Assembly (NCBI GenBank): GCA_020725385.1
Contig: DYFC01000032.1
Coordinates: forward strand, 32,001 to 96,000
Source of the DNA: Nitrospira japonica
GTDB taxonomy: Bacteria > Nitrospirota > Thermodesulfovibrionia > Thermodesulfovibrionales > SM23-35
Reading direction: 5' to 3'
DNA: 64,000 nt
This document shows, in pieces, positions 36,089 through 47,009 of the stretch. The notes beneath the pieces are model-generated. The model was not told the DNA's origin. It saw only the letters and a program-made list of their open reading frames with translations, and made no database searches. Each line of letters begins with the position of its first letter. Within the stretch, counting starts at the first letter, position 1. Both the position numbers and the translations under genes were made by a program.

Positions 36089-37753
36089 TTATTTTGACCA
36101 TGATAATGAGTTATTTATATAATATGACAATTCTGAATAAACCATCTCGATTACCGAATCCCAGTCACCGGGTTTAGGCTGGCGAAACAACTTCATCGTT
36201 GGGTACCACGGACTATCATCTCTATTAATCATCCATCTCCAATCAGATGAAAATGGCAATAATGTCCAGACTTTTTTGCCTAAAGCACCTGCAAGATGCA
36301 CTATTACTGTATCCACCGATATGACAAGATCGAGATTTTCAATTAAAGCTGCTGTATCTGAAAAATCTTTTATGTCTTCCGTTAAATCAATAATATTAAT
36401 TCCTTCCGGTTTCTCAATTTTTTTCAAAGAAGACGCGCCTACCTGTAGGCTATAAAATTCAACATTCTTTAACTTGAATAAAGGCAAAAATTTTTCTAAA
36501 GGGCATGACCTATTTTTATCATTTTCGTGCTCCGGATTCCCTGCCCATGTTAAACCAACTTTGAAATGCTTTTCTGAATTTAATTTATTCCTCCAATAGT
36601 TGATAAGAACTTGAGCAACTGATATGTAAGGAACATCCGATGGTATATTATTTAAATCTGTTCTAAAAATCAAAGGCAATTTACTAAGAGTGCAATGAAA
36701 ATCAAATTCAGGTAATTGTTCTTTATAACTATAAACCCCGGCGATCCCCTTAACATTTTCCATTATTGATTTAAGAGATTCAGAACATAAAAGGACTATT
36801 TTTACACCTTTGTTAGCAACTATATTACAATATCTAACAAATTGTATCGTGTCACCGAACCCCTGTTCTTCGTAAAGCAATAAACAACAATCATTTATAG
36901 TTCCTTCCCATTCCGGTTCTTTAAATTCGAAAGAGTGATTTTTTAATTTTGTTCTCCATTGATACTCTATCCATCCTTCTTCAAAATTACCAATACTTAA
37001 AAGTGCAAATGCAAGATCAAAATGTATTTCTGCTAAATTGTAATTCAAAGATATGGCTTTTTTATAATATTTTATGGCTTCTTCAATTAGTCCCTTATTA
37101 TGGAGCAATATGCCGATATTATGATATAAATCTATATTTGCCGGTTCTAATTGTAATGCTTTTTTATAAAGTATTATAGCTTCGTCATTCTGTTCTCTTT
37201 CTTTAAGAATATTTGCAAGGTTATAATATGCTGCTGTGAATCTCGGATTCAATTTAATAGCATTGCGATAAGATATTATGGCTTCCTCTATAAACCCCAT
37301 ATCATAAAATGCATTTCCAAGATTGAAGTGCACATTAAAAAGGTTTGGATTTATCTGAATCGCTTTTTGGTAACATTTAATTGCATCATTAAGCCGGCCT
37401 ATTTCTTGATATAAAACACCGAGGTTATAAAAGGCGTCAACAAAATCAGGGTAATAATTGATAGCTTTCTGGTAGCAATCTATTGCTTCATTGTAGCATT
37501 TGTTATCACGATAAATATTTGCAAGGTTATAAAAAGCATGGTAATTTGAAGGGTTAATATTGATAGTTTTTTTAATAAGCCTAACAGCGGAGTCGAAATC
37601 GCCCCTTGCTGCGTAAATGAGTCCTAACATATGAAGTATATCAACATTGTCAGGTTGTTTTTTTAGTATTCTTTTATAGAGAATTTCAGCCTGCGAGAGA
37701 TCTCCGTTTCGATGGTACTCTAAAGCTGTATAAATCATTCTATTTATGTTCAT
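36089..37753 (-). CDS. TPR-repeat protein with C-terminal GT9-like glycosyltransferase domain
   Basis: Multiple TPRs, then EQGFGDTIQF, WAGNP, DLVISVDT..HLAGALG, DWRW and SPWYP. Confidence 0.88.
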   Translation of the reverse strand: MNINRMIYTALEYHRNGDLSQAEILYKRILKKQPDNVDILHMLGLIYAARGDFDSAVRLIKKTININPSNYHAFYNLANIYRDNKCYNEAIDCYQKAINYYPDFVDAFYNLGVLYQEIGRLNDAIKCYQKAIQINPNLFNVHFNLGNAFYDMGFIEEAIISYRNAIKLNPRFTAAYYNLANILKEREQNDEAIILYKKALQLEPANIDLYHNIGILLHNKGLIEEAIKYYKKAISLNYNLAEIHFDLAFALLSIGNFEEGWIEYQWRTKLKNHSFEFKEPEWEGTINDCCLLLYEEQGFGDTIQFVRYCNIVANKGVKIVLLCSESLKSIMENVKGIAGVYSYKEQLPEFDFHCTLSKLPLIFRTDLNNIPSDVPYISVAQVLINYWRNKLNSEKHFKVGLTWAGNPEHENDKNRSCPLEKFLPLFKLKNVEFYSLQVGASSLKKIEKPEGINIIDLTEDIKDFSDTAALIENLDLVISVDTVIVHLAGALGKKVWTLLPFSSDWRWMINRDDSPWYPTMKLFRQPKPGDWDSVIEMVYSELSYYINNSLSWSK

Positions 37754-38042
37754 GGTTTTGAATTATTATATAACAGGTTGTTATATTCTTTTAACCCGGA
37801 TAATACAGATATTGACCCAAAAAACGTGAAGTATAAAAGGCAAATTGTAAACAGTCAGTTTATCATTCTCGGTCTGGCTTGCCCCGGGAATCTATAAAAC
37901 TCAAAATCGGACCTGGGTGATTAAAAAGAAAAATGGAAAATTTTTGCTAAAAGAAAGAGAAATATTTGATAATATAAACATTATGATTCTAAACGCTTTA
38001 ATCGCATATTTAGAGTAAAATGAGCTATTAAGGAAGGATTAG

Positions 38043-40526
38043 ATGCAAAACAAAAAGGAAAATCCAGAATCACCGGATAAGTATAAAGCAAATTTTAATG
38101 AAAAGACAGATGTACAGGCGATTAAACAATCAATTTTAAATAATCTTTTTTATAATCTCGCAAGACTCCCGCATTCTGCTACTGTTAATGACTGGTATCT
38201 TGCTGTCTCTTATACAATCAGAGACATGATGGTTAAAAGGTGGGTTAATTCAGTTCAGGAATTTACTGAAGATGTAAAGGTTGTTGTTTTGTTATCCGAT
38301 GAATTTCTTTTAGGTCCACAGCTTGAAATGAATATAATTAATCTTGATGTTTATTCAGAAATATCTCAAGCGGTTCTGGAATTAGGACTCAATCTGAATG
38401 AAATTACAATGGCAGAGATTGAACCGGGTCTCGGATCTGGAAGAACCGGAAGTTTTGCAGCTTCCTCTTGTGATTCACTCGCTACACTCGGGATTCCTGC
38501 TATAGGATACGGTATCAGGTATGAATTTGGACAATTTGAACAGGATTTTCAAGACGGGTGGCAGATTGAAAAAACAGGCAAATGGCTTGCTTCGGGAAAT
38601 CCCTGGGAGATTTTGAGGAGCGATATTTCTTATACAGTAAAACTTGGTGGTAGCACGGAATCATATTATGATAAACATAATAATTTCAAAGTTAAATGGA
38701 CGCCGAAATTTGCTATAAAAGGAATCGCTTATGATGTTCCTGTCACAGGTTATAAGACCGATAAAATAAATTTACTTCGTCTCTGGAAGGCCGAAGCTAT
38801 TGAATCTTTTGATTATGATGCTTTCAATATAGGGGATTACCTAAGCCGTTTGAATGAAAAAATTGCCTCTGAATCAATAGGAAAAATTCTTTATCCCGAT
38901 GATGAGCCATATCTCGGAAAGCACCTTAGATTGTCCCAGCAATACTTTTTCGTCTCCTGTAGCCTTCAGGATTTGATCCGCCTCCATCTTTTGCGGTGGA
39001 AAAACATACATTCATTCTCTGACTCGTTTGCGATTCAGTTGAATAGTGCAAATCCGGCAATAGCAGTTGCAGAATTAATGAGACTCTTAATTGATGAACA
39101 CGGGGTTGATTGGGATAAAGCATGGTATATTACACAGAATAGTTTTTCATATACCAATTATGCTGTTGTTCAGGAGGCTCTTAAAAAGTGGCCGTTGCCT
39201 GTGTTTGCAAGCATCCTTCCAAGACATCTTGAAATTATTTATGAAATAAACAAAAGGTTTTTAGATGAGATATGGCTGAAATATCCGAATAACAATGAAA
39301 AACTCTCAAGTCTTTCAATAATTGATGAAAGTGACCAGAAATATGTGAAAATGGCACATCTTGCTTCTCTTGGCAGTCATATTATTTGTGGCATCTCGGA
39401 AAATCACACTAAATTACTAAAAGAAACACTTATCCCAGATATTTATGAACTCTACCCCGAGAGGTTTCGCAATATCACAGGTGGTGTCACACATAGAAGA
39501 TGGTTGCTTTTAAGTAATCCAGAACTTGCCGGGCTTATTTCCAGGACAATTGGAGAGAAATGGATAAAAAACTTTGGTGAAATTAAACATCTTGAAGCTT
39601 TCTCAAATGACCCGGAACTTATAAAAAAATGGCAGGAAGTAAGATTCAGTAATAAAAATAAACTTGCGACTCTTATTAAACAACATAATGGCAATTTAAT
39701 TGATAATTCAGCAATTTTTAATGTGCAGGCCGGTAAGATACATGAACAAAAAAGACAGCATTTGAATTTATTACATATAATAACTCTCTATAACCGCATA
39801 AAGAAGAACCCGGGAATTGATTTAAATCCACGTGTCTTTATCTTCAGCGGAAAAGCAGCACCCGGATATTTCATTGCAAATCTTATTGTTAAACTTATAA
39901 ATTCTGTTGCTGAAATAATCAACAAAGACCTTGATGTTGCCGGAAGGCTTAAAGTTTTTTTCCTGCCGGATCTTAATGTTAAGAAAGCACAGATAATTTT
40001 TCCAGCTACTGATATTGCGGTGCAGATCTCAACAGCAGGCAAGGAATCGTTTTCTTCGAGTCTAATTAAGTTCTTAATGAATGGTGCGCTGGCTATTAGC
40101 ACATTTAATGGTGGAATAGATGAAATTTACAGAGAAATTGGAGATGATAATTTCTTTAGGTTTGGGTTAAGTCCACAACAGATAAGTGAAAAGAAAACCG
40201 GCGGATATAATCCAATGGAATACTATAATTCTAACTTCGAACTCAAAGAAGCAATAGATTTAATAAGTTCTGGATTCTTCTTCAAGAAAGACCCGGCGCT
40301 TTTTAAACCATTAATTGACTCTTTGTTATGTAGGGATGAACAAATGGTACTTGCGGATTATCAATCATACATTGAGAGTCAGACACTTGTAGAGAAGATA
40401 TTCAAAGACAAGAAAGCCTGGACAAAAAGGTCAATATTAACAGTAGCCGGAACAGGCTATTTTTCATCCGATCGTATGATTTCAGAGTACAATAATTTAA
40501 TCTGGTATGCATCAGCGAACCCTTAA
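38043..40526 (+). CDS. Glycogen/alpha-glucan phosphorylase homolog with degenerate active-site motifs
   Basis: GYGIRYEFG, LRLW, LYPDD, GKAAPGY and FSSDR are conserved; many catalytic motifs are substituted (see findings). Confidence 0.9.
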   Translation: MQNKKENPESPDKYKANFNEKTDVQAIKQSILNNLFYNLARLPHSATVNDWYLAVSYTIRDMMVKRWVNSVQEFTEDVKVVVLLSDEFLLGPQLEMNIINLDVYSEISQAVLELGLNLNEITMAEIEPGLGSGRTGSFAASSCDSLATLGIPAIGYGIRYEFGQFEQDFQDGWQIEKTGKWLASGNPWEILRSDISYTVKLGGSTESYYDKHNNFKVKWTPKFAIKGIAYDVPVTGYKTDKINLLRLWKAEAIESFDYDAFNIGDYLSRLNEKIASESIGKILYPDDEPYLGKHLRLSQQYFFVSCSLQDLIRLHLLRWKNIHSFSDSFAIQLNSANPAIAVAELMRLLIDEHGVDWDKAWYITQNSFSYTNYAVVQEALKKWPLPVFASILPRHLEIIYEINKRFLDEIWLKYPNNNEKLSSLSIIDESDQKYVKMAHLASLGSHIICGISENHTKLLKETLIPDIYELYPERFRNITGGVTHRRWLLLSNPELAGLISRTIGEKWIKNFGEIKHLEAFSNDPELIKKWQEVRFSNKNKLATLIKQHNGNLIDNSAIFNVQAGKIHEQKRQHLNLLHIITLYNRIKKNPGIDLNPRVFIFSGKAAPGYFIANLIVKLINSVAEIINKDLDVAGRLKVFFLPDLNVKKAQIIFPATDIAVQISTAGKESFSSSLIKFLMNGALAISTFNGGIDEIYREIGDDNFFRFGLSPQQISEKKTGGYNPMEYYNSNFELKEAIDLISSGFFFKKDPALFKPLIDSLLCRDEQMVLADYQSYIESQTLVEKIFKDKKAWTKRSILTVAGTGYFSSDRMISEYNNLIWYASANP

Positions 40527-40551
40527 CCCTGTGTACCCGAATGTGGAGGGG

Positions 40552-40581
40552 GAGGGGCCTTTTAGGGGGAAAGGCCCCTCT
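40552..40581. terminator. GC-rich hairpin between convergent phosphorylase and ftsZ genes
   Basis: GAGGGGCCTTT...AAAGGCCCCTC inverted repeat; no clear U-tract. Confidence 0.45.
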
Positions 40582-40592
40582 CTGGAGGGAAA

Positions 40593-41771
40593 TTATGCTT
40601 CCTGTTGGGGTTGGGGAGCTTTTCGCAAAAATGTCGGGACGTCAATATGATCGTCGTACGACATTATGTCAGACGTTTTTAAATCAATGCCGTATTTTGT
40701 TTTGAGATCCTTTGATAAAACCCTTTCAGAACCTCTCAAGCTAATCGTCTGTTTTACCGGCTGGGGTGCTGGAGTCCATTTCTTAACCTGCGGCAGGTCA
40801 ACTTTTTCTTTCTGGTCATTGAATCCTGTTGCTATAACCGTTACCCTAACTTCATCTGTTATATCAGGATCAATAACTGCACCGAATATTAAATGGACTT
40901 CTTCATGTGCGGAATCATAAATGTAAGAAACAGCTTCCTGCACATCATTAAGGGCAAGTTCCATTCCTCCTGTTATATTAACTAAAATTCCTTTTGCGCC
41001 TTCGATAGATGATTCTTCAAGTAATGGGTTTAATATGGCTTTTTTAGCTGCATCAAGTGCGCCTGTGTCTCCTCTGCCAACACCTGTTCCCATTACACCT
41101 CTACCCTGATTCTGAATAATAGTTTTCACGTCTGCAAAGTCAACATTTATAAGACCGGGAATAAGAATAATATCAGAAATTCCCTGTACCGCTTGTTTTA
41201 AAACATCATTTGCTACAGCAAAGGATTTAAGCAAAGGAGTGCCTTTTTCAACTACAAGCCCTATTTTATCGTTTGGTATTACTATCAAAGTATCGACGTA
41301 TTTACGAAGTTCTTTAATGCCTTCCTCAGCATTGTTGTATCTGATTTTACCTTCATAGAAAAAAGGTCTTGTTATTACAGCGATAGTAATCGCACCAAGA
41401 TCTCTTGCAATGCTTGCAATAACAGGACCCGCGCCTGTACCTGTCCCTCCTCCCATTCCTGCAGTAATGAAGACCATGTCAGAACCTTCAAGATATTCGG
41501 CAATCAAACTGCTGTCTTCAAGTGCAGCTTCTCTGCCAATCTGGGGATTAGAGCCGGCGCCAAGACCTCTTGTAAGATTTGCTCCAATCTGAACTTTTAC
41601 GGGAGCAAGTGAGGTTTCAAGAGCCTGCATATCTGTATTTATTGCTATAAATTCAACTCCATGCAGGTTGCCTGCTATCATGTTATTAATAGCATTCCCT
41701 CCTGCTCCTCCAACACCTACTACTTTGATTTTTGCTGCCTGTCCTTTTGTTTCTTCAATTTCGAATATCAT
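40593..41771 (-). CDS. ftsZ: Cell division protein FtsZ
   Basis: [24 protein letters not shown] and DVPTFLRK tail. Confidence 0.99.
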   Translation of the reverse strand: MIFEIEETKGQAAKIKVVGVGGAGGNAINNMIAGNLHGVEFIAINTDMQALETSLAPVKVQIGANLTRGLGAGSNPQIGREAALEDSSLIAEYLEGSDMVFITAGMGGGTGTGAGPVIASIARDLGAITIAVITRPFFYEGKIRYNNAEEGIKELRKYVDTLIVIPNDKIGLVVEKGTPLLKSFAVANDVLKQAVQGISDIILIPGLINVDFADVKTIIQNQGRGVMGTGVGRGDTGALDAAKKAILNPLLEESSIEGAKGILVNITGGMELALNDVQEAVSYIYDSAHEEVHLIFGAVIDPDITDEVRVTVIATGFNDQKEKVDLPQVKKWTPAPQPVKQTISLRGSERVLSKDLKTKYGIDLKTSDIMSYDDHIDVPTFLRKAPQPQQEA

Positions 41772-41798
41772 CTTTCCCCTCCTTCTTTAAATTTATTT

Positions 41799-43022
41799 TC
41801 ATCTGAAAATTCCTTTAACCCAATCTTTCATTTTTCCGAATATACCTGTAAATGTTGCAGGATAAATTTCCACATCTTTTTCTTCATTGTAACCATAAAG
41901 AACCAGACCTATTCCTGTTGAGTACATGGGATTACCCGTAATTTCTTTCGGACCGTAAATTTTTAACGGCATCCCTATCCTTACAGGAAGCCCAAATATT
42001 TCTGCAGCAAGTATATCAATGCCAGAAAGTAAAGAGCCCCCTCCTGTTAGGACAACTCCTGATGATGCAACTTCATATCCCGAACATGTTTTTAATTCAT
42101 TGCTTATAATTTCTATCAGTTCTTCTGTTCGTGAATAAATAATTTCGCATAGTTGTAATCTTGGTATGACTGCTATTTCACCTGACCGTGAAATCTTTAT
42201 TTCCTCGGCTTCATCAATTGCTGTTAAAACAGCATGACCGTATTTCTTCTTTATCTTTTCAGCTTCATTGATCGATATACCGAGTCCTACAGCTATATCG
42301 TTTGTAAAATGGTTTCCTCCAACAGCAAGAACAGATGTATGTCTCAGCCATCCATCCCTGTAAAGGATTACATCTGTCGTACCACCACCAATATCTACAA
42401 CAGCAACACCGAATTCTTTTTCTTCTTCTGTTAATATTGCTTCAGCAGAAGCAAGGGGCTCAAATATAATGTCTATTACCTCAAGTCCTGCTTTTTCGCA
42501 GCATTTAAGTAAATTCTGAACAGATGTAATTGCCCCGGTAAGAATATATACTTTTGCCTCAAGCTTTGTACCAATCATTCCGACAGGATCTTTTATGCCA
42601 TTTAACCCATCAAGACTATATCCGGTTGGAATTACATGTAAGACTTCTCTATCAAGTGGAACATATACTGCTTTCGCAGAATCAATAACTCTTTCAACAT
42701 CATCATTTGTGACTTCTTTTCCACGCACACCTGAAGCACCAACACTGTTAAATCCCTTGATATGACCTCCTGAGATTCCAACATAAACAGAGTTTATTTC
42801 AACTCCTGAAACACTTTCTGCTGTTTCAACTGCCTTGCGTATAGAGTTAATAGTTGCCTCAATATTAACTACAACTCCTTTTCTAAGTCCTGTTGATGGC
42901 GATGAACTGACACCGAGTATCTCAATCTTATTGTTTATTACTTCACCGACAACAACACATATCTTTGTTGTGCCAACATCAAGTCCAACAATTATGTTTC
43001 CATGTGAGATTCTACTACCCAT
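41799..43022 (-). CDS. ftsA: Cell division protein FtsA
   Basis: GLDVGTTKI, DIGGGTTD, GGNHFTNDIA and VLTGGG motifs. Confidence 0.97.
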   Translation of the reverse strand: MGSRISHGNIIVGLDVGTTKICVVVGEVINNKIEILGVSSSPSTGLRKGVVVNIEATINSIRKAVETAESVSGVEINSVYVGISGGHIKGFNSVGASGVRGKEVTNDDVERVIDSAKAVYVPLDREVLHVIPTGYSLDGLNGIKDPVGMIGTKLEAKVYILTGAITSVQNLLKCCEKAGLEVIDIIFEPLASAEAILTEEEKEFGVAVVDIGGGTTDVILYRDGWLRHTSVLAVGGNHFTNDIAVGLGISINEAEKIKKKYGHAVLTAIDEAEEIKISRSGEIAVIPRLQLCEIIYSRTEELIEIISNELKTCSGYEVASSGVVLTGGGSLLSGIDILAAEIFGLPVRIGMPLKIYGPKEITGNPMYSTGIGLVLYGYNEEKDVEIYPATFTGIFGKMKDWVKGIFR

Positions 43023-43777
43023 TATTTAATTACCTTTTCAATTACAGGTTTTACAAATGCTCTGCCTGAAAATCTGAGGTCAATATAAGCAACATTTATA
43101 CCCATATTTTTTATGTCCTCTTCAAGCTTGAGTAATTTATCAAGCTTTTCTTCATATTGTCCTTCACCGATTTTTACTTCAAGTCCGTCAATTACTGCTG
43201 TTATTTCATGAGGCTTATATGCTTTAATCTCTATGTGTTCTCTTTGCGTTGACAGACCTTTGCGATTCATTGCATTTGCAAGATTAATTGCTTCTTTGAG
43301 CCCCTGTTTGTCCCTGAACGGATCACCTGTTATTACAGGAAGAAAAGGAACCGATTTATTCTTAATCTCTTCAAGAAGATTACCCTGATCATCTATAAGG
43401 AAAAGATGTTCGTTCATCTCAAGAAGTGCAAAAGGCTCTGCTTCTTTGATTGTCATTAAAAGAGTGTCAGGGAATATTTTTTTAATATTCACTGATTTTA
43501 TCCATGGTGATTTCAACATTCTGTTGCAAATATCTTCGCCTGAGAACGAAAGGAGGCTATCACCCTTTTTGATGCATGAAAATGTTCTTAGTTCATCATC
43601 TGTAAGATGTTTGTTCCCTGAAAAAAGAAAATGTTTTACCGGAAATATAAATTTAAACGGGTTTGAATAAATTAGAAGATACAAAGAAACTGCAGCAGAT
43701 ATTATCAGTATCATAGAAACTGCATTCCTTGCTATTATTAGAATATTCCTGTGTTTCTTAAATCTATTTATTTTCAT
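43022..43777 (-). CDS. ftsQ: Cell division protein FtsQ/DivIB
   Basis: N-terminal TM, POTRA (SPWIKSV...FPDTL), YIDLRF; position in dcw. Confidence 0.9.
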   Translation of the reverse strand: MKINRFKKHRNILIIARNAVSMILIISAAVSLYLLIYSNPFKFIFPVKHFLFSGNKHLTDDELRTFSCIKKGDSLLSFSGEDICNRMLKSPWIKSVNIKKIFPDTLLMTIKEAEPFALLEMNEHLFLIDDQGNLLEEIKNKSVPFLPVITGDPFRDKQGLKEAINLANAMNRKGLSTQREHIEIKAYKPHEITAVIDGLEVKIGEGQYEEKLDKLLKLEEDIKNMGINVAYIDLRFSGRAFVKPVIEKVIK

Positions 43778-44681
43778 CTTCTATGCTTTTCAAAATCTCT
43801 TCAACCAATTCTTGAAAACTCAAACCTGCTTGCATAGCTATCTTTGGAAGCAGGCTTGTTTCTGTCATTCCGGGTATCGTATTTACTTCAAGCACAAATG
43901 GATTACCTTTGTTGTCTATCCTTAAATCGACTCTTGTAGCTCCTCTACAGCCGAGAGCAAGATGGGCTTTTAAAGCTTCTTCTGCTGCTCTTTCATAAAC
44001 ATTTTGTTCAAGTTCGGGAGGAAGTATATATTGAGTAAGACCTGCTGTATATTTTGCTTCATAACTGTAAAACTCCAGCGATGGCCTGACTTCTACTCCA
44101 CCAAGAATTTTGTTTCTTAAGATACCTATCTGAACTTCTTTTCCTTCTATATATTTTTCGATAATCACCCGATTCCCAAAAGAAAATGCATTTTCAAGAG
44201 CAGCACCAAGTTTTTCCTTGTCTTTTAAGATAGTAACACCGATGCTTGAGCCTTCTGTTGCCGGTTTAACAACCCATGGCATTTCGAAAGGCACATCAAA
44301 TTTAATAGAAGGTTTTTTTATGATGATAAATTCAGGAACCTGAACTTTATGATATATAAAAATCTGTTTTGATGCTTCTTTATCCATTGCGAGTGCAGAT
44401 GCAAGCACGCCGGAACCTGTATAAGGAATGTCCATAACTTCAAGCATTCCCTGAACAGCTCCATTCTCACCCCATCCGCCATGTAGAACAGGAAATGCTA
44501 TTTCAATGCCTTCTTTAATTAATAAAGCACATAAATCTTTTTGAGCATCTATTAAAACCACATTATAGCCCATGTTTTTTAATGCATTAAAAACTGCTGT
44601 ACCACTTCTTAGAGATACTTCTCTTTCAGCCGAGATCCCTCCAAATAATACACCTATTTTTTTATCCTTCAACAAACTCAT
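43764..44681 (-). CDS. ddl: D-alanine--D-alanine ligase
   Basis: [23 protein letters not shown] and EVNTIPGMT motifs. Confidence 0.97.
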   Translation of the reverse strand: MSLLKDKKIGVLFGGISAEREVSLRSGTAVFNALKNMGYNVVLIDAQKDLCALLIKEGIEIAFPVLHGGWGENGAVQGMLEVMDIPYTGSGVLASALAMDKEASKQIFIYHKVQVPEFIIIKKPSIKFDVPFEMPWVVKPATEGSSIGVTILKDKEKLGAALENAFSFGNRVIIEKYIEGKEVQIGILRNKILGGVEVRPSLEFYSYEAKYTAGLTQYILPPELEQNVYERAAEEALKAHLALGCRGATRVDLRIDNKGNPFVLEVNTIPGMTETSLLPKIAMQAGLSFQELVEEILKSIEDENK

Positions 44682-45600
44682 CTCTCCCTATTATTTTTAT
44701 TTCCGGTTCAAGAATAAGTCCTGTCTTTTTTTTAACTTTATATGAAACAATTTCCATAAGTTTCAGAAAATCAGCAGCTTTTGCTCTGCCCCTGTTTATA
44801 AAAAAGTTCGCATGTAAATTGCTGACTTCAACATCTCCAACCCTTAGTCCTTTACACCCTGCTTCTTCTATTAATTGTCCTGCATAAAATCCAGGAGGAT
44901 TTTTAAATACGCATCCTGCTGATGGCTCCCAGATAGGTTGTTTCTCTTTTTTAATTTTCAGAAAATTTTCAATGTTTTTGGTAATCTCTTCTTTATCGCC
45001 TTTTTTTAGTTTTATCTCAGCACCGATAATTATATTCCCCGAATTTATTCCGGAAGTTCTGTATCCAAAGTTAAGAGAATCCGTGGTAAATCTTTTTATT
45101 AAACCTGCTTCATTCATAATGTCGATTGAATAAAGAATATCTTTTATTTCACGTCCAAAAGAGCCTGCATTCCCGTATATCGCTCCTCCGATAGTGCCCG
45201 GAATTCCTGCAAGTTCCTCGGTTCCTGAGTATCCATTTTCTTTGCAATAAGTAATAAAACGTTGTAATAAAACTCCTGATCCGGTATAGATTATTACTGA
45301 ATCTCCATCTTCTTTTATCCTGGTTATATTTTTAAACGACTTTAATGATATTACCGCGCCTTCGATCCCGTTATCCCTGACAAGAATATTTGTTCCGCCA
45401 CCCAGGGCGATAAAGGGGATCCCGTTATTCTTTAAATTGATTAAAAGCCCGATTAATGAAGGAATATCAGCCGGCAAAGCATATATATCGGCATTGCCCC
45501 CTATTCTTAAAGATGTGTGACTGCTCATTGGTTCCATGAACTTAACTTCACCCTCAAAAAGGCTACCCGAAAATATTTTTCTAAATTCGAGTTCAACCAT
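44662..45600 (-). CDS. murB: UDP-N-acetylenolpyruvoylglucosamine reductase
   Basis: [22 protein letters not shown] and HANF motifs. Confidence 0.96.
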   Translation of the reverse strand: MVELEFRKIFSGSLFEGEVKFMEPMSSHTSLRIGGNADIYALPADIPSLIGLLINLKNNGIPFIALGGGTNILVRDNGIEGAVISLKSFKNITRIKEDGDSVIIYTGSGVLLQRFITYCKENGYSGTEELAGIPGTIGGAIYGNAGSFGREIKDILYSIDIMNEAGLIKRFTTDSLNFGYRTSGINSGNIIIGAEIKLKKGDKEEITKNIENFLKIKKEKQPIWEPSAGCVFKNPPGFYAGQLIEEAGCKGLRVGDVEVSNLHANFFINRGRAKAADFLKLMEIVSYKVKKKTGLILEPEIKIIGRDEFVEG

Positions 45601-47009
45601 TATCTGAAATCTTTCCTGTTTAATATATGAAGAATTTCTTCACCTATCTTCCAGACATCGCCAGCCCCGAGTGTGAGAAGGACATCTCCTTCTTTTAATT
45701 CTGATGCGATTTGCAAGGCTGCATTCTGCCTGTTCTGTAAATAAAAGACATCATTCATGCCTTTATTTTTTATGCTTTCAACAAGTCTATCCGAGTTTAC
45801 CCCTTCAATAGGTTTTTCTCCTGCAGGATATATATCAATAACAAAAAGTCTGTCTGCATCATTAAAGGATTCGGAAAATTCATCCATAAGATCAGTTGTT
45901 CTTGAATAACGGTGAGGCTGAAATAATACAACAAGACTTCCAGATTTTCTATTTAATGGCAGGTTCTCGAAAATACCTTCTTTGACTGCTCTTAAAGTCG
46001 CTTTTATTTCAGCAGGATGATGGCCGTAATCATCATAAATCATAATTCCATTTTGTTCGCCTTTAAATTCAAGTCTCCTCTGTATGCCGCTGAAATTTTT
46101 TAATGCGTTTTTGATTATTTCTATATCCATCTTTAAAGTTAGACCGCAGCCGATTGCTGCAAGTGCATTCAAGACATTATGAATACCCGGCAAGCAAATC
46201 TTAAATTCACCGAGATATTTGCCCTTATGGAAGACGTCAAAATTTATGGACATGAAACCTTTTTTAATATTTACTGCCCGCAATTCAGCTTCTTCTGAAA
46301 AACCATATGTCATATACTTTCTATGTATAGAAGGCAAAAGTTCTTTTATATGCTGATTTTCAATACAAACTATTGCTGTTCCATAAAATGGCACTTTATT
46401 TATAAATTCAAGAAAAGCCTTTTTCAGGGAATCCATATTCTTGAAAAAATCCATATGTTCCCTGTCAATATTTGTAACAACTCCGATAGTTGGTGAAAGT
46501 TTCAGGAAAGAGCCATCACTTTCATCAGCTTCTGCAACAAGAAATTCACCTTTACCCAGCACAGCATTCTTGCCTGTAGCCTTAAGCCTTCCACCAATAA
46601 CAACTGTTGGGTCAAAATTTCCTTCTGTCAATAAAGTTGATATTAATGAGGTAGTCGTTGTTTTTCCGTGCGCTCCGGCAACAAGCACTGAATATTTCAA
46701 ACGGGCTAATTCAGCTAACATTTCTGCTCTTGGTATAACAGGTATTGATTTTTTCTTTGCTTCGAGAACCTCTGGATTATCATCTTTAACAGCAGAAGAA
46801 ATAACGAGAACATGTGCATCATCAACATTTTTTCCATCATGTCCTATGTAAATTTTTATTCCGAGAGTCTGAAGCCTTTTTGTTGTTTGAGACTCATTCA
46901 AATCAGAACCTGTTACTTCATACCCGAGATTGTGAAGTAGTTCAGCGATACCCGACATTCCGATACCACCTATACCAACAAAATGTATTATTCTATACCG
47001 TTCAAACAC
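45600..47009 (-). CDS. murC: UDP-N-acetylmuramate--L-alanine ligase
   Basis: GIGGIGMSG, GAHGKTTT, EADESD and DDYGHHP motifs. Confidence 0.97.
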   Translation of the reverse strand: MFERYRIIHFVGIGGIGMSGIAELLHNLGYEVTGSDLNESQTTKRLQTLGIKIYIGHDGKNVDDAHVLVISSAVKDDNPEVLEAKKKSIPVIPRAEMLAELARLKYSVLVAGAHGKTTTTSLISTLLTEGNFDPTVVIGGRLKATGKNAVLGKGEFLVAEADESDGSFLKLSPTIGVVTNIDREHMDFFKNMDSLKKAFLEFINKVPFYGTAIVCIENQHIKELLPSIHRKYMTYGFSEEAELRAVNIKKGFMSINFDVFHKGKYLGEFKICLPGIHNVLNALAAIGCGLTLKMDIEIIKNALKNFSGIQRRLEFKGEQNGIMIYDDYGHHPAEIKATLRAVKEGIFENLPLNRKSGSLVVLFQPHRYSRTTDLMDEFSESFNDADRLFVIDIYPAGEKPIEGVNSDRLVESIKNKGMNDVFYLQNRQNAALQIASELKEGDVLLTLGAGDVWKIGEEILHILNRKDFR

